The translations under genes and the position numbers were made by a program. Shown here in pieces: positions 49,256-58,055 of a stretch of 64,000 bases of DNA (position 1 is the first letter of the stretch; the number at the start of each line of letters is the position of its first letter). Under the pieces are notes generated by a model. The model ran no database searches. It was not told the DNA's origin and was given only the letters and a program-made list of their open reading frames with translations. This DNA is from a virus, in IMG/VR virus record IMGVR_UViG_3300009509_000004, positions 32,001 to 96,000 of that record, one strand, 5' to 3'.

Positions 49256-49930
49256 TCACTTTTTGGGCTTGGCCTTCACCACTTTGCGTCCAGCAGACCT
49301 CTTGGCTGTGTTTGCCTTCACCGTCTTGCTGGTTGCTTTCTTTCCTACTGTGCCCGATGGTGTGGGCGCTGAATCTTTGAGTACAGCAGCAGGCAACGCC
49401 TCGCCCCGATGCAACGCCCCTGGCTCAATGTCCAGGATGCTCTTGTCGCCATAGCGCCGCATCATGGAGTTGAGGTTGGTCAACTCCTTTGTGATCATGG
49501 TCTTCAGCTCTTTGTTGGTCAGGTCAGCAATGAGGACACCCGCCACGATCTCCTTTTTGTCAGGCATCTTGTGGATGAGGCCAAACTCCTGGCCCTTTGC
49601 GATGAGCTTGTCCAGGATCTCACTGCGCGCCCGCACCGCCCCGACCATCGCATTGTACTGCTTGGTGGTCTTGAACGTCCCAACCATGTCATCAAGGTCA
49701 CGTAGGTTGCGCAGTTGGTCAATCATGTACTGGACATAGGTGTGCTCAGTGGGCCTCGCCCGCACCTCATCAGCCTTGGCATCGAACATGGCCGCCTTGA
49801 GTTTCTCAAACTCTTCAACGCCAATGCCCATCTCATCCAGGATCTCTGAATCTTCCTTCCCAGAGCACAGCAGCCCATAGATGGTCGCCACCGCCTCCTT
49901 GACCTGTTCTTTCGTCAATTTCATGCTCAT
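49256..49930 (-). CDS. Candidate terminase small subunit
   Basis: N-terminal HTH-like segment (GKEDSEILDEMGIG), central helical hairpin, GLIHKMPDKKE, basic tail; strong AGGAGG RBS. Inference only. Confidence 0.5.
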   Translation of the reverse strand: MSMKLTKEQVKEAVATIYGLLCSGKEDSEILDEMGIGVEEFEKLKAAMFDAKADEVRARPTEHTYVQYMIDQLRNLRDLDDMVGTFKTTKQYNAMVGAVRARSEILDKLIAKGQEFGLIHKMPDKKEIVAGVLIADLTNKELKTMITKELTNLNSMMRRYGDKSILDIEPGALHRGEALPAAVLKDSAPTPSGTVGKKATSKTVKANTAKRSAGRKVVKAKPKK

Positions 49931-50120
49931 ATGCCAACCTCCTGTCGCTCAACAGTATAACCTGGAGGCCCAATTTCAAGCTAGTTTGGTGGCAACACCC
50001 TGTGTATGGACTGGAACCAAGTCCAACGTTAGTTGGCGTTGGTCGTCAAGGGGTGGGAATCTCCCTCTGACGGGCACAATTTGCTTCATGGTTTTCCCAA
50101 GATTTTTGTCCTACCTCCCC

Positions 50121-50384
50121 CTACCTTGACCAATTCTTGGAATTGACGAGTGCCCAAGCCATCGCGCTGTCAATCGCAGCCTCGACAGGGCACTGCCCAC
50201 GCTCCGACAACGCCCCGTCGCACTGTCGGCAAAGCGTCCACACCGACTGTAGCACATGCCGGTGTTGGTTCGCTTTGTGTATTGTGGCCCCAGTAGCTAT
50301 GCGTTGCAAGTGCTCCGCAAAGCGTGTCGCTGCGTCTGCATGGCTACTGAATCTGCTGCACCGCTTCTTGATGTCCTCGCCCAT
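50121..50384 (-). CDS. Hypothetical protein
   Basis: GGAGG RBS before MGEDI. Confidence 0.45.
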   Translation of the reverse strand: MGEDIKKRCSRFSSHADAATRFAEHLQRIATGATIHKANQHRHVLQSVWTLCRQCDGALSERGQCPVEAAIDSAMAWALVNSKNWSR

Positions 50385-50452
50385 GACGCGCCCTCCCTGA
50401 GCTAAACATAAGCCTGGAAGTGCCGCTGGCCAAGGGTGGGCTGGGTGGATTG

Positions 50453-50680
50453 TCAGTCCCAGATGTCGATGTTGACGTCTGAACATTCCTCGTGCAATCG
50501 GTCGCGCACGATGCCGTATGCCGCCAGCATGTCCGTGCTCACGTCATCGCCAGCATACTTGATTTTTTCACGTAGGAAGTTGTCCATGGCCTGTAGGACG
50601 CAATGTGCGTCCATGCCTTTCACCGCCTTGTCAAACTCGTGTTGCTCGTGTGGCAATTTGAACTCAAGTGTTGCCAGCAT
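50453..50680 (-). CDS. Small phage protein (MLATLEFKLP family)
   Basis: AAGGAGG RBS; appears paralogous to the upstream gene. Confidence 0.65.
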   Translation of the reverse strand: MLATLEFKLPHEQHEFDKAVKGMDAHCVLQAMDNFLREKIKYAGDDVSTDMLAAYGIVRDRLHEECSDVNIDIWD

Positions 50681-51023
50681 CAGCTCCCTCCTTGTCGTCA
50701 TCGCCCCCGTTGTCGTCATCCCCTTCCAAATCACCTTCACGATCCTCGTCACTTTCGCCCTCATCATCCTCTTCATCGCCAACATCATCATCATCTTCCC
50801 CCTCTTCATCGGGCAGTTCAATCTTGTACTTCTTCATGACCTCTTGAAATTGGACCATCAGCGCCTCGGTTGCGATCTGGGCCTCGCCTGGCAGTGGGCT
50901 GTCCAGCTGGGCCTGTATCGTGTCCCGCACTTCCCATAGCGCGTTGAACCAATCCGCCCCATGAATGACTGTGTCCAGTGCCTCTGCGTCATCCGGCATG
51001 TGAAACTTGATGATGACTTCCAT
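50664..51023 (-). CDS. Small phage protein with an acidic C-terminal tail
   Basis: MEVIIKFHMPDD...GADWFNALW followed by a ~40-aa D/E/G tract. Confidence 0.65.
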   Translation of the reverse strand: MEVIIKFHMPDDAEALDTVIHGADWFNALWEVRDTIQAQLDSPLPGEAQIATEALMVQFQEVMKKYKIELPDEEGEDDDDVGDEEDDEGESDEDREGDLEGDDDNGGDDDKEGADAGNT

Positions 51024-51029
51024 TATGTG

Positions 51030-52040
51030 CTCCCTTTCTGTGGGCTGGGTGTGAATGTGCCTGTTTGGTCCTACGTGGTTTGCTGCAGTGGGTCAAGCTG
51101 AAACGACCTCGTGCGCGTCGTGTGTCGATGGGGACAGCAACCCCACACTTGATGGCCGTGTGGACGCATGGCCGCTTGGCCGGTGCATGTGATGAGTGAG
51201 TGTGGCCGTGTGGCCGGTTGGTGGGTGGCGTGGGCGCATGAGCGCTTGACGTTGTGGCCTGTGTGCAAAATTTTTGTTGTGCAGTAGGCGCGGTGCAGGC
51301 ATGCAGCACTCAGCGCACCGCGCACTCGGTTTCATGCACAGTGGGGGCCACAGGCGAGCGCACGATGTACCAAACCTCCAAGAATCCTTGGACTTCATGG
51401 CCGCATGGCTGACATGGTTGGCATAGTTGACAGCGCTGTAGACTCTGTAGCCCCAGGGCCACATTGCCTCATGGCCCCCAGCGCAATGCTCTGCAGGCGG
51501 CATGGCTGCAGGGTGTGCGTGTGACTGTGCAGCTGTGCTGCACTGCATGTGGCAGGGCCACCCCACCATTTCCACGTTTCCACAATTCCACGACACCCAC
51601 CTTGCTTGCCTGCTCTCTCTCTGCTGCTTTCTGTACCGTCTGACTCTACATCTATGCCTATGCTACCTACAATGCTATATGTTGTTTGTCCTCTTGCCTA
51701 CCCTACGGTGATCGAGGTATCTGCTGGGGTGCTATCTTCTCTGCCTGATACACTCCACTGTTCCCCTTCATTTCACACGGTTCTCAGATTGGCTATATGG
51801 TTTGTCTCATGCGGGGATTTTTGGGATTGGCAAGATCCTATCATTGGTGGTATGTATTCTTGTTTTCTATGGCTGATGTCGGTCTGTGGAATCTCTCAAA
51901 ATCCTATTGGATATGGGTGTATTGTTGTCTTCAGGGCATATTCATAGGGGCATGCATATATAGGGGCAATTTGCCCCATATCTGATGGGGTTTCACAAAA
52001 CAGGCTATCAACGCCTGGAAATCAGGCGTGTAAATGGGGG
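51030..52040. other. ~1-kb non-coding region with nested inverted repeats and an AT-richer half
   Basis: No credible ORF; nested stems at 51242-51361; TTCCAC x3 near 51570-51591. Confidence 0.6.
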
Positions 52041-52382
52041 TCAATCTAGGTCGCTGGGGTAGGTGCGTCTGTACCATTCCAGGTACATGGCCCATTGGCG
52101 GGTTGCTGTGCGGTATTGGTCCTGGTAGCCCTTCTGCCTCTTGATCTCTGATACCCACTTTTCCACAAGCTCCAGAGATAGCGATCCTGGGTGCTCCCTG
52201 ATATGGCGTTCCACCTCTGTTCGCAATCCTACCATCCCTGATAGGGCACCCTCCCACCTGAGCATCATTTTCCTGCGCTCTTGTTCCTCCTTGCCCTCCC
52301 TCTCTTGCTGTTTTTTCACACGTGCAAAATCGTGGTCTGTGATCAGGCCTGCTTTCTGGAGTGCGGCTGCCATGAGTGTCAT
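52041..52382 (-). CDS. Hypothetical protein
   Basis: Start at MTLMAAALQKAGL; 4-nt overlap with the upstream gene. Confidence 0.6.
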   Translation of the reverse strand: MTLMAAALQKAGLITDHDFARVKKQQEREGKEEQERRKMMLRWEGALSGMVGLRTEVERHIREHPGSLSLELVEKWVSEIKRQKGYQDQYRTATRQWAMYLEWYRRTYPSDLD

Positions 52383-52609
52383 TGCGGTGGCCCTTTTTGT
52401 GTTGATTCCACTTTCAATGTGACTTTTGCGCCACAGGCGAGACAGCCCTTGGGCCCAACTGGTGATTCGTTGGATGCATATTCTGACATCTCGATGAAAT
52501 GGCCCCAATATTGCTCCAAATTCACATCTTTCATGTCATCTTCCTGTGTGATCGTGAACCTCTGCTCGTGTCCATTTTCACACGTGGCCAAAATTGTGGT
52601 GATTCTCAT
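52379..52609 (-). CDS. Zn-ribbon protein
   Basis: CENGH...CLAC; coupled. Confidence 0.55.
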   Translation of the reverse strand: MRITTILATCENGHEQRFTITQEDDMKDVNLEQYWGHFIEMSEYASNESPVGPKGCLACGAKVTLKVESTQKGPPQ

Positions 52610-52962
52610 CGCTCCTTGTCCTTTTTGTGTGGTATATCCATCTCAATATCGTGGCCTGGCATTTTGTCCACCACGCCGTCCAACAGATCCAGCGCCTCGC
52701 TCTTGTCCAGCCCTGGTTTCAGCTCGCCCTCAAGTCTGGGATCGCCGTCAGGCAATTCCTCAAACACACTTTCTGGCTCTTTTGGTGCGCTCTCACCTGG
52801 ATCACCGCATCTCACGCATGGTCCTGGCCGCGCCCATCCTACATCGACCTTGTCAACCCTGTAAATCACCATCAGCTCTTTGAGCTTGTGCAAAAAGTCA
52901 GCTTGATCTTCTTTCAACCCTGTCATTCTGATGTCGCCCACCAGATCGCCTGTTATTTCCAT
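52606..52962 (-). CDS. Acidic hypothetical protein
   Basis: GGAG RBS before MEITG. Confidence 0.5.
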   Translation of the reverse strand: MEITGDLVGDIRMTGLKEDQADFLHKLKELMVIYRVDKVDVGWARPGPCVRCGDPGESAPKEPESVFEELPDGDPRLEGELKPGLDKSEALDLLDGVVDKMPGHDIEMDIPHKKDKER

Positions 52963-53119
52963 GTGCGTTCTCCCTGTTCCTGCTCCTGATGTCCTCAACT
53001 TTGAGCCGCGTCTGTTCCTTGACTGCCATCGTCAACACTCTGACCGCCTCGTTGAGCCATCCCACATTTTCCTTCAGCTCCTGAATTGCTTCTGCCAGCT
53101 CTCTTGTCTGGTTTTCCAT
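52898..53119 (-). CDS. Small coiled-coil protein
   Basis: GGAGG RBS before MENQT; overlaps its neighbours. Confidence 0.4.
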   Translation of the reverse strand: MENQTRELAEAIQELKENVGWLNEAVRVLTMAVKEQTRLKVEDIRSRNRENAHGNNRRSGGRHQNDRVERRSS

Positions 53120-53432
53120 TTGTGCGCCCCTCCCCCAGTGCGTTTTCCGCAAGCTCGATGATGACGTCCAATAGGTCGCCCACCTTTGCCAGCGGGATGT
53201 GCTCTGCGCGCAATTCTGCTGGAATAAGCAACACCGTCGCATTGACCTCCATCCCCTTGATCTGCTGCGACAGGTTCTCAACCACGCCAGGTGGTGGTTC
53301 ATGACCCTCATTGTATTGGATGAGCAACACCTCGCCGTCCCTGAGTGTGAATTTGCTCACGATCTTGTCCCAGCCATCCCCTGGAACAATCGGATCTTTC
53401 AATTTGTCTGTCCATCGCCTATTTCTCTTCAT
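52995..53432 (-). CDS. Hypothetical protein
   Basis: Globular-looking N-terminal ~100 aa. Confidence 0.5.
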   Translation of the reverse strand: MKRNRRWTDKLKDPIVPGDGWDKIVSKFTLRDGEVLLIQYNEGHEPPPGVVENLSQQIKGMEVNATVLLIPAELRAEHIPLAKVGDLLDVIIELAENALGEGRTNGKPDKRAGRSNSGAEGKCGMAQRGGQSVDDGSQGTDAAQS

Positions 53433-54018
53433 TTGTTGGGCACCCCCTGCGCATCCACTCTCGCCGTTCTTCAAGCGTCATTGGTTTGAGGTGGTCTGTC
53501 ACCACTTCCTCGCTGTGCTCCAACACCTCGCCGATGAAGCGCCCCTGTGCATCAATCGTGCCCACTTTGTACTCAAACCCTTGCTGTGAATACACATGCA
53601 ATATTGCACAGGTTACACCCTCGCTGGGCCTGACCAACTCCAACCTGCCAACCCAATCTCCCCTCCACAGCTCTTCAGTGATACACCTGTGCTGTTCTGA
53701 ACAACCAACCGTCCACCCGTCATCACGGATGAACACATATTTCAACGTCTTGAACACCTCTTTGGGTGTTCTTGTAGGTGATGCTGCCTCGCCTTTGTTG
53801 TTGACCACGACTCTCTGTGGCCCTTGGTGCATTACTGTGCGCGCCGCCCTGACCGCCGCCCTCTCTTCAGGCAGGATCTCTCGCCTGACATGAGCGTCAT
53901 ATCCAATCGGATCATCGATGATGATGACGCACCTACATTGCGGGTGCTGGATTGGCTCTGTATTGTCAGAACGTGTCCGCAAGCACTCCCTCCAGCCTCC
54001 ACCATTCTGGATCTTCAT
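53419..54018 (-). CDS. Hypothetical protein
   Basis: 199-aa ORF in a run of coupled genes. Confidence 0.5.
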   Translation of the reverse strand: MKIQNGGGWRECLRTRSDNTEPIQHPQCRCVIIIDDPIGYDAHVRREILPEERAAVRAARTVMHQGPQRVVVNNKGEAASPTRTPKEVFKTLKYVFIRDDGWTVGCSEQHRCITEELWRGDWVGRLELVRPSEGVTCAILHVYSQQGFEYKVGTIDAQGRFIGEVLEHSEEVVTDHLKPMTLEERREWMRRGCPTNEEK

Positions 54019-54625
54019 GCCTCACGTCCTTGAGTCTGAAGTCCATCTGTTTCTCTGGTGGAATTTTTGGCAGCCGTATGCACTCATTGACCTCGTGCAG
54101 CAGCTCGTGATACAGCGCTGACTCGGCAATGGTACCCTTCCACTGTACCAACAACCTGTATCCCCACTGGATGCCTGCCTTGTTCTTGAGCTCATATCGT
54201 CCCACCCAAATGCTGACCTTGCCGACCTCCCACTCAACTCCTGTGCGGCACAGCATCGCCTCGATTTCATCCCTGGTGGCCTCTTTTTGCTCGACCTCCA
54301 TCACGTCCAAGAATCTGTCCAATGCCTTTTCCATCAGGCCTGGCGTGAGTCTTGCGATGTTGTCTGCCCAAACTGCTGTGCCGTGTTTTGTGATGTAGTC
54401 AGGCCTCGCCATCCACTTTTTGAAGAAGTACAGCAACGTGAGCCCAACAAAAGATCCCCACGACAGCGCAAGCACAACAATTTTTGGCGCAGTCCACTCC
54501 TGCTTGGTCAAGATCGCCCCGACCCCAGCAGCCGTGTACAGCAGGCAAAGCCCCCCAAACACAATCAAGTCCAGCGTCTTGACTCCACGTCTGCGCTGGG
54601 CTAGGTCTGCCTTGACTTCAACCAT
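53966..54625 (-). CDS. Membrane protein with an HExxH zincin-like motif
   Basis: Two N-terminal TM helices; SALYHELLHE...RH. Confidence 0.6.
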   Translation of the reverse strand: MVEVKADLAQRRRGVKTLDLIVFGGLCLLYTAAGVGAILTKQEWTAPKIVVLALSWGSFVGLTLLYFFKKWMARPDYITKHGTAVWADNIARLTPGLMEKALDRFLDVMEVEQKEATRDEIEAMLCRTGVEWEVGKVSIWVGRYELKNKAGIQWGYRLLVQWKGTIAESALYHELLHEVNECIRLPKIPPEKQMDFRLKDVRHEDPEWWRLEGVLADTF

Positions 54626-54966
54626 TCTCGCATTTCCTCCACTGTATCAAATGGTGGCCCTTTTCTCTCTGCCTTCATGGGCTTTGCCTGGCAGTAATAT
54701 GTGAAGCCGCCAAATGTGTCACGCTCTTTTTCGATGGGGAGATTCAGGTCAAACCCGTGATCGCGCAACCACTCGGTTGTCGTGAACTCCACCTCTTTCA
54801 ACCCGCCATTCCAGTCTAGCACCTCCTGATCTGGCAATTGTGCCTCGATGAGGTGGAAGTGTTGACCATCAATGGATATGACCTTGACGTCATTGCCATC
54901 ATCGTCGATGTCTTCATCCTCGATGGTGGCGCGTGCGATCATTTCCATTGTAATCAACTGGCTCAA
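54601..54966 (-). CDS. Acidic hypothetical protein
   Basis: Coupled ORF, 121 aa. Confidence 0.55.
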   Translation of the reverse strand: MSQLITMEMIARATIEDEDIDDDGNDVKVISIDGQHFHLIEAQLPDQEVLDWNGGLKEVEFTTTEWLRDHGFDLNLPIEKERDTFGGFTYYCQAKPMKAERKGPPFDTVEEMREWLKSRQT

Positions 54967-55478
54967 TCTGCTCTCCCTTTCATCTGCATCACTTTTTGGT
55001 CCACAACATCAGGAGCGATCTTGGGAAGCTCCAGCTGCACCTGCACCTGTTCTTGGACAGGCTCCATAGGGGCAGCCTCATCAGCCTCCACATCACTTGG
55101 CGTTGAAGAACTTGTTGCGCTTGCTGGCCTGCGCCCAGCTCTGTGCCTGGGTGCGACTCTGTCAAGCGCTTCTGCATCCTTCAACGTCCTTTCAGCACGC
55201 CTGTTCAATAGAGCAAGCGCACCTCTGATCTCCCCTATGGCCTCTCTCATGTCACCGATGAGCTGATCGCGTTGCGATGCTTGATCTGATAGCCTGTTCA
55301 CCGCCGTGACCAAGAGCTGATACGCTTGTTCAAGCTGCGCCTCTTGCTTGGCAACCTGTCTCGTTGTTGCATCTTCAGCGGTCAACGCCTGGATGTATGT
55401 CAGCCCAACTCCTGCGAGTGCAGCGATGCCAGCGAGCAAGCCGCCCCAATCCTTCACCTTCTGTCTTGCTCCAGCCAT
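54963..55478 (-). CDS. Membrane-anchored coiled-coil protein
   Basis: N-terminal TM (GGLLAGIAALAGVGLTYIQAL) followed by heptads. Confidence 0.6.
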   Translation of the reverse strand: MAGARQKVKDWGGLLAGIAALAGVGLTYIQALTAEDATTRQVAKQEAQLEQAYQLLVTAVNRLSDQASQRDQLIGDMREAIGEIRGALALLNRRAERTLKDAEALDRVAPRHRAGRRPASATSSSTPSDVEADEAAPMEPVQEQVQVQLELPKIAPDVVDQKVMQMKGRAD

Positions 55479-55486
55479 CACACACC

Positions 55487-55696
55487 TCAAAATCTTGGAT
55501 GTGGCCCAGATGTCATGTGCCGGTTGAATTCTGTGAAATCGCCTGGTGTTGGCGGTGGCAGCCCAGCTTCCACATATTCACGGACTGCCAAGGTGAGTGC
55601 TTTTGCTCGTGCAGCAGGTATGGTTGGCCCGCTGCCTTCATACGCCTTGTTGTCGGTGTTGACGAGTGTGACTGTGTAATAGTTTGGACGCGCCAT
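55487..55696 (-). CDS. Small hypothetical protein
   Basis: AGGAGG RBS before MARPN. Confidence 0.55.
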   Translation of the reverse strand: MARPNYYTVTLVNTDNKAYEGSGPTIPAARAKALTLAVREYVEAGLPPPTPGDFTEFNRHMTSGPHPRF

Positions 55697-55893
55697 GATC
55701 GCCTCCTGTAAGTGGTGTCCATCGTTGATTCTATTTCCCCTTACAGGATCAGCCAAGGTTTAGCTGAAATATGGTGCGTTTTTGGCTTGTCCAAAAATGC
55801 GTTTTCTGGTGTGTTTTGTGGTGTGCGTGTGACTTTGTATGGAGGTGGAATTGGGGGTGCCGTCTTGGTGTGTTTCCGGCACCCTCGATGTGG

Positions 55894-56400
55894 CTATTGG
55901 ATGACGAATGGCCCCTTTGGACCTGTGGCGATGGCCCCGCTGTAGAATTGCTTGAGCAATCCCCAAAGCGCCTGTCTTTGTGCATGTGGAACCACGTTGA
56001 CCTCGTTTTCGCCGTCCCAATGCCGCCCTGGGATGCGCCGCCAAGCGTGAAGTGAATCCTCGTTGTATGGCGTTTTGACGATGTAGGTGCCTGCGTGGTC
56101 AACAATCTTGACCGCAACGCACCTTTTCTCGATGCGATCTGCCAAGTTGTGGAATCCCAGATCCCTGAGTCTCGCAAGCGGCTCAACCGCGTCCATCCCG
56201 TTCTGAACGATGGCGATCTTGTAGACCAGCTGGTTGGCCTCTTTGCGGTCTGCCTCGCTGACCTCGACCTTGTTGAGAAGTCTTGCCCGACAATCTGGGC
56301 CCATTCCCGCCTCGACTGATGCCGCGTCAACCAACGGTTTGCCGCAGGCTGCGCAGTGGGTTGCGAGAATCTTGGTGGTTGGTGCTGTTTCGTATGACAT
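55894..56400 (-). CDS. DUF6011-like Zn-binding protein
   Basis: CAACGKPLVDAASVEAGMGPDC matches the DUF6011-type signature; preceded by the repeat promoter and AGGAGAACGG. Confidence 0.7.
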   Translation of the reverse strand: MSYETAPTTKILATHCAACGKPLVDAASVEAGMGPDCRARLLNKVEVSEADRKEANQLVYKIAIVQNGMDAVEPLARLRDLGFHNLADRIEKRCVAVKIVDHAGTYIVKTPYNEDSLHAWRRIPGRHWDGENEVNVVPHAQRQALWGLLKQFYSGAIATGPKGPFVIQ

Positions 56401-56440
56401 GCCCGTTCTCCTTTCAGGTGGTTTGCCTTCCACCTTTTCT

Positions 56441-56503
56441 TCAAGTATAGTTGGCTTGCTTCCATAAGTCAAGAAAAAACGACCTCAGAGACAACTTTTT
56501 TTG
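56441..56503 (-). promoter_or_regulatory. Repeat promoter copy 1 (TTGACT-17-TATACT)
   Basis: Same upstream A7GTTG...GGTCGT6C box as the other copies. Confidence 0.85.
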
Positions 56504-56856
56504 TATGCCTGATACAGCGCAACGTTCAACGTTGCCGTCCTGGCCGGTTTCTGGACAAGCCTTGTGCCGTTTGTGTGTTGCGCAAGCGCATCGAGCCATC
56601 CCCCTGTGTAAATGACCACTGGAAGTGGGCACCTTTCAATCATCACCCTTCCCCCGCCCAACGGCACATCCCAATCACTAAGCACCACGTCATACTTCCC
56701 TGTTGCCGCCTCGACCAGCCCCTGTTGTACTGTGTAAACTGCCTTGACTTGCTTCCAGTGGTCCTTGAGTTGCCTCTCAATCGCCCTCGCCAATGTTTCA
56801 TCATCTTCAACCACAAGCAAACTGAGCCGCCTGATGGTGCCCTCCATTCCAATCAT
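56485..56856 (-). CDS. Single-domain CheY-like response regulator
   Basis: LLVVEDD, YDVVLSD (phosphoacceptor), PVVIYTG and QKP are all present. Confidence 0.85.
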   Translation of the reverse strand: MIGMEGTIRRLSLLVVEDDETLARAIERQLKDHWKQVKAVYTVQQGLVEAATGKYDVVLSDWDVPLGGGRVMIERCPLPVVIYTGGWLDALAQHTNGTRLVQKPARTATLNVALYQAYKKSCL

Positions 56857-56877
56857 TTTTTCTCCTTGGTGGAAGTG

Positions 56878-56901
56878 AAAAGGGCACCCAACGGGTGCCC
56901 C
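56878..56901 (-). terminator. Intrinsic terminator
   Basis: AGGGCACCC-3nt-GGGTGCCCT stem running into a T tract on the minus strand. Confidence 0.75.
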
Positions 56902-56925
56902 TCTCGCTCCTATGTTGTCGCCCTG

Positions 56926-57939
56926 TCAGGCGATGGCTTCCAAAATCATCTCAGCCTCATCCTCTGCCCTCGGATCCAACGACCAACGCTTGATTCCCCT
57001 GAAGCGCTTGACGTCAACGTCAATCGGATTCAGGAAGCGAACAAAGCTGCCGTTGATCTCGACACCTTCTGGGCTGATGATACCGTCTGTGACCAGCTGC
57101 TCAACGATCTCCTTGGCGCTCTTGCTCTCGCCCTCTTTGGTGTCTGTCACAACGTAAACACCGCCCGCGTGGCGCTTGCCGCACTTGCGCTTGGCCTCGA
57201 CCTTGACCAACCGCTCTTCAACCGTCCTGAAGCCTCGCTCTTTTTCCATCTGGTCCTTGACCACCTCGGTGTCCTCTGCCTTCAGAATATACTCAACCGC
57301 GTCAGGGAGAAACAAACCAAACACCTTGGCGTCTGGAAGTCTGCCCGTGCCGCCGCACGTTTCGCACATTTCCTTGTCCAAAACGTTGGCGATGTTGAAT
57401 TTTTGCGGCTGATGAAGCCAGTAGTTGTATTTGCGATAGTCCCAACGCTCTGACTTGAGCCCCTCGCCGTTTGCGACTGTAGCGTGGCCGCCTGTGCCGC
57501 CCTCGACATGATCTGACATGCCGCTGATCTCGCCTTGGAGTTTGAGCGCCTTCTGCGCCCTGCGCTCGATGAGCTTGTTGATGCGGTCGATGTCGGCCTG
57601 GCCGCCTTCTGCGTCGCAAACGCCCTTGTCGATGCTCTCTTGGACGCCCTTGGCGTTGTCTTCCAGATCCTGGATCTCCTTTTGGAGATTTTGGAGCGCT
57701 TGCTTGGCCTTGCGCTTTTCTGGATTTTCGATGGTGCCGAGACAATCCGCGCACTCGTGGAAGCTGCCCTCATCGTGCGCGACGAAAATGACGGTGCCCT
57801 CTTGCGTGAGCGCCTGCCCTACGTCTGCGTTGGGTAGCCTCTTGGAAATGCCCTGCGTGACCGCCTCGCCCGTCCAATCCTCGATGGACTTGTAGTGCTC
57901 TGACCCGACCCACATGAGATAGCTTTGCTTGATTTCCAT
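56926..57939 (-). CDS. Early protein with a split CxxCxGT Zn finger and a coiled-coil insert
   Basis: CADCLGT ... CETCGGTG flank a coiled coil; KCGKRHAGGVY; start moved to MEIKQ, after AGGAGAACGG. Confidence 0.75.
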   Translation of the reverse strand: MEIKQSYLMWVGSEHYKSIEDWTGEAVTQGISKRLPNADVGQALTQEGTVIFVAHDEGSFHECADCLGTIENPEKRKAKQALQNLQKEIQDLEDNAKGVQESIDKGVCDAEGGQADIDRINKLIERRAQKALKLQGEISGMSDHVEGGTGGHATVANGEGLKSERWDYRKYNYWLHQPQKFNIANVLDKEMCETCGGTGRLPDAKVFGLFLPDAVEYILKAEDTEVVKDQMEKERGFRTVEERLVKVEAKRKCGKRHAGGVYVVTDTKEGESKSAKEIVEQLVTDGIISPEGVEINGSFVRFLNPIDVDVKRFRGIKRWSLDPRAEDEAEMILEAIA

Positions 57940-57980
57940 GTCCGTTCTCCTTTGTTTGGTGTTTGCCCTCACCATCTAAT

Positions 57981-58055
57981 ACAATTATAGTTGGCTTGCT
58001 TCCAGAAGTCAAGAAAAAAACGACCTTGGAGGCAACTTTTTTTGTCTCCACGTCC
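57981..58055 (-). promoter_or_regulatory. Repeat terminator-promoter copy 2
   Basis: TTGACT-tctggaagcaagccaac-TATAAT. Confidence 0.9.
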
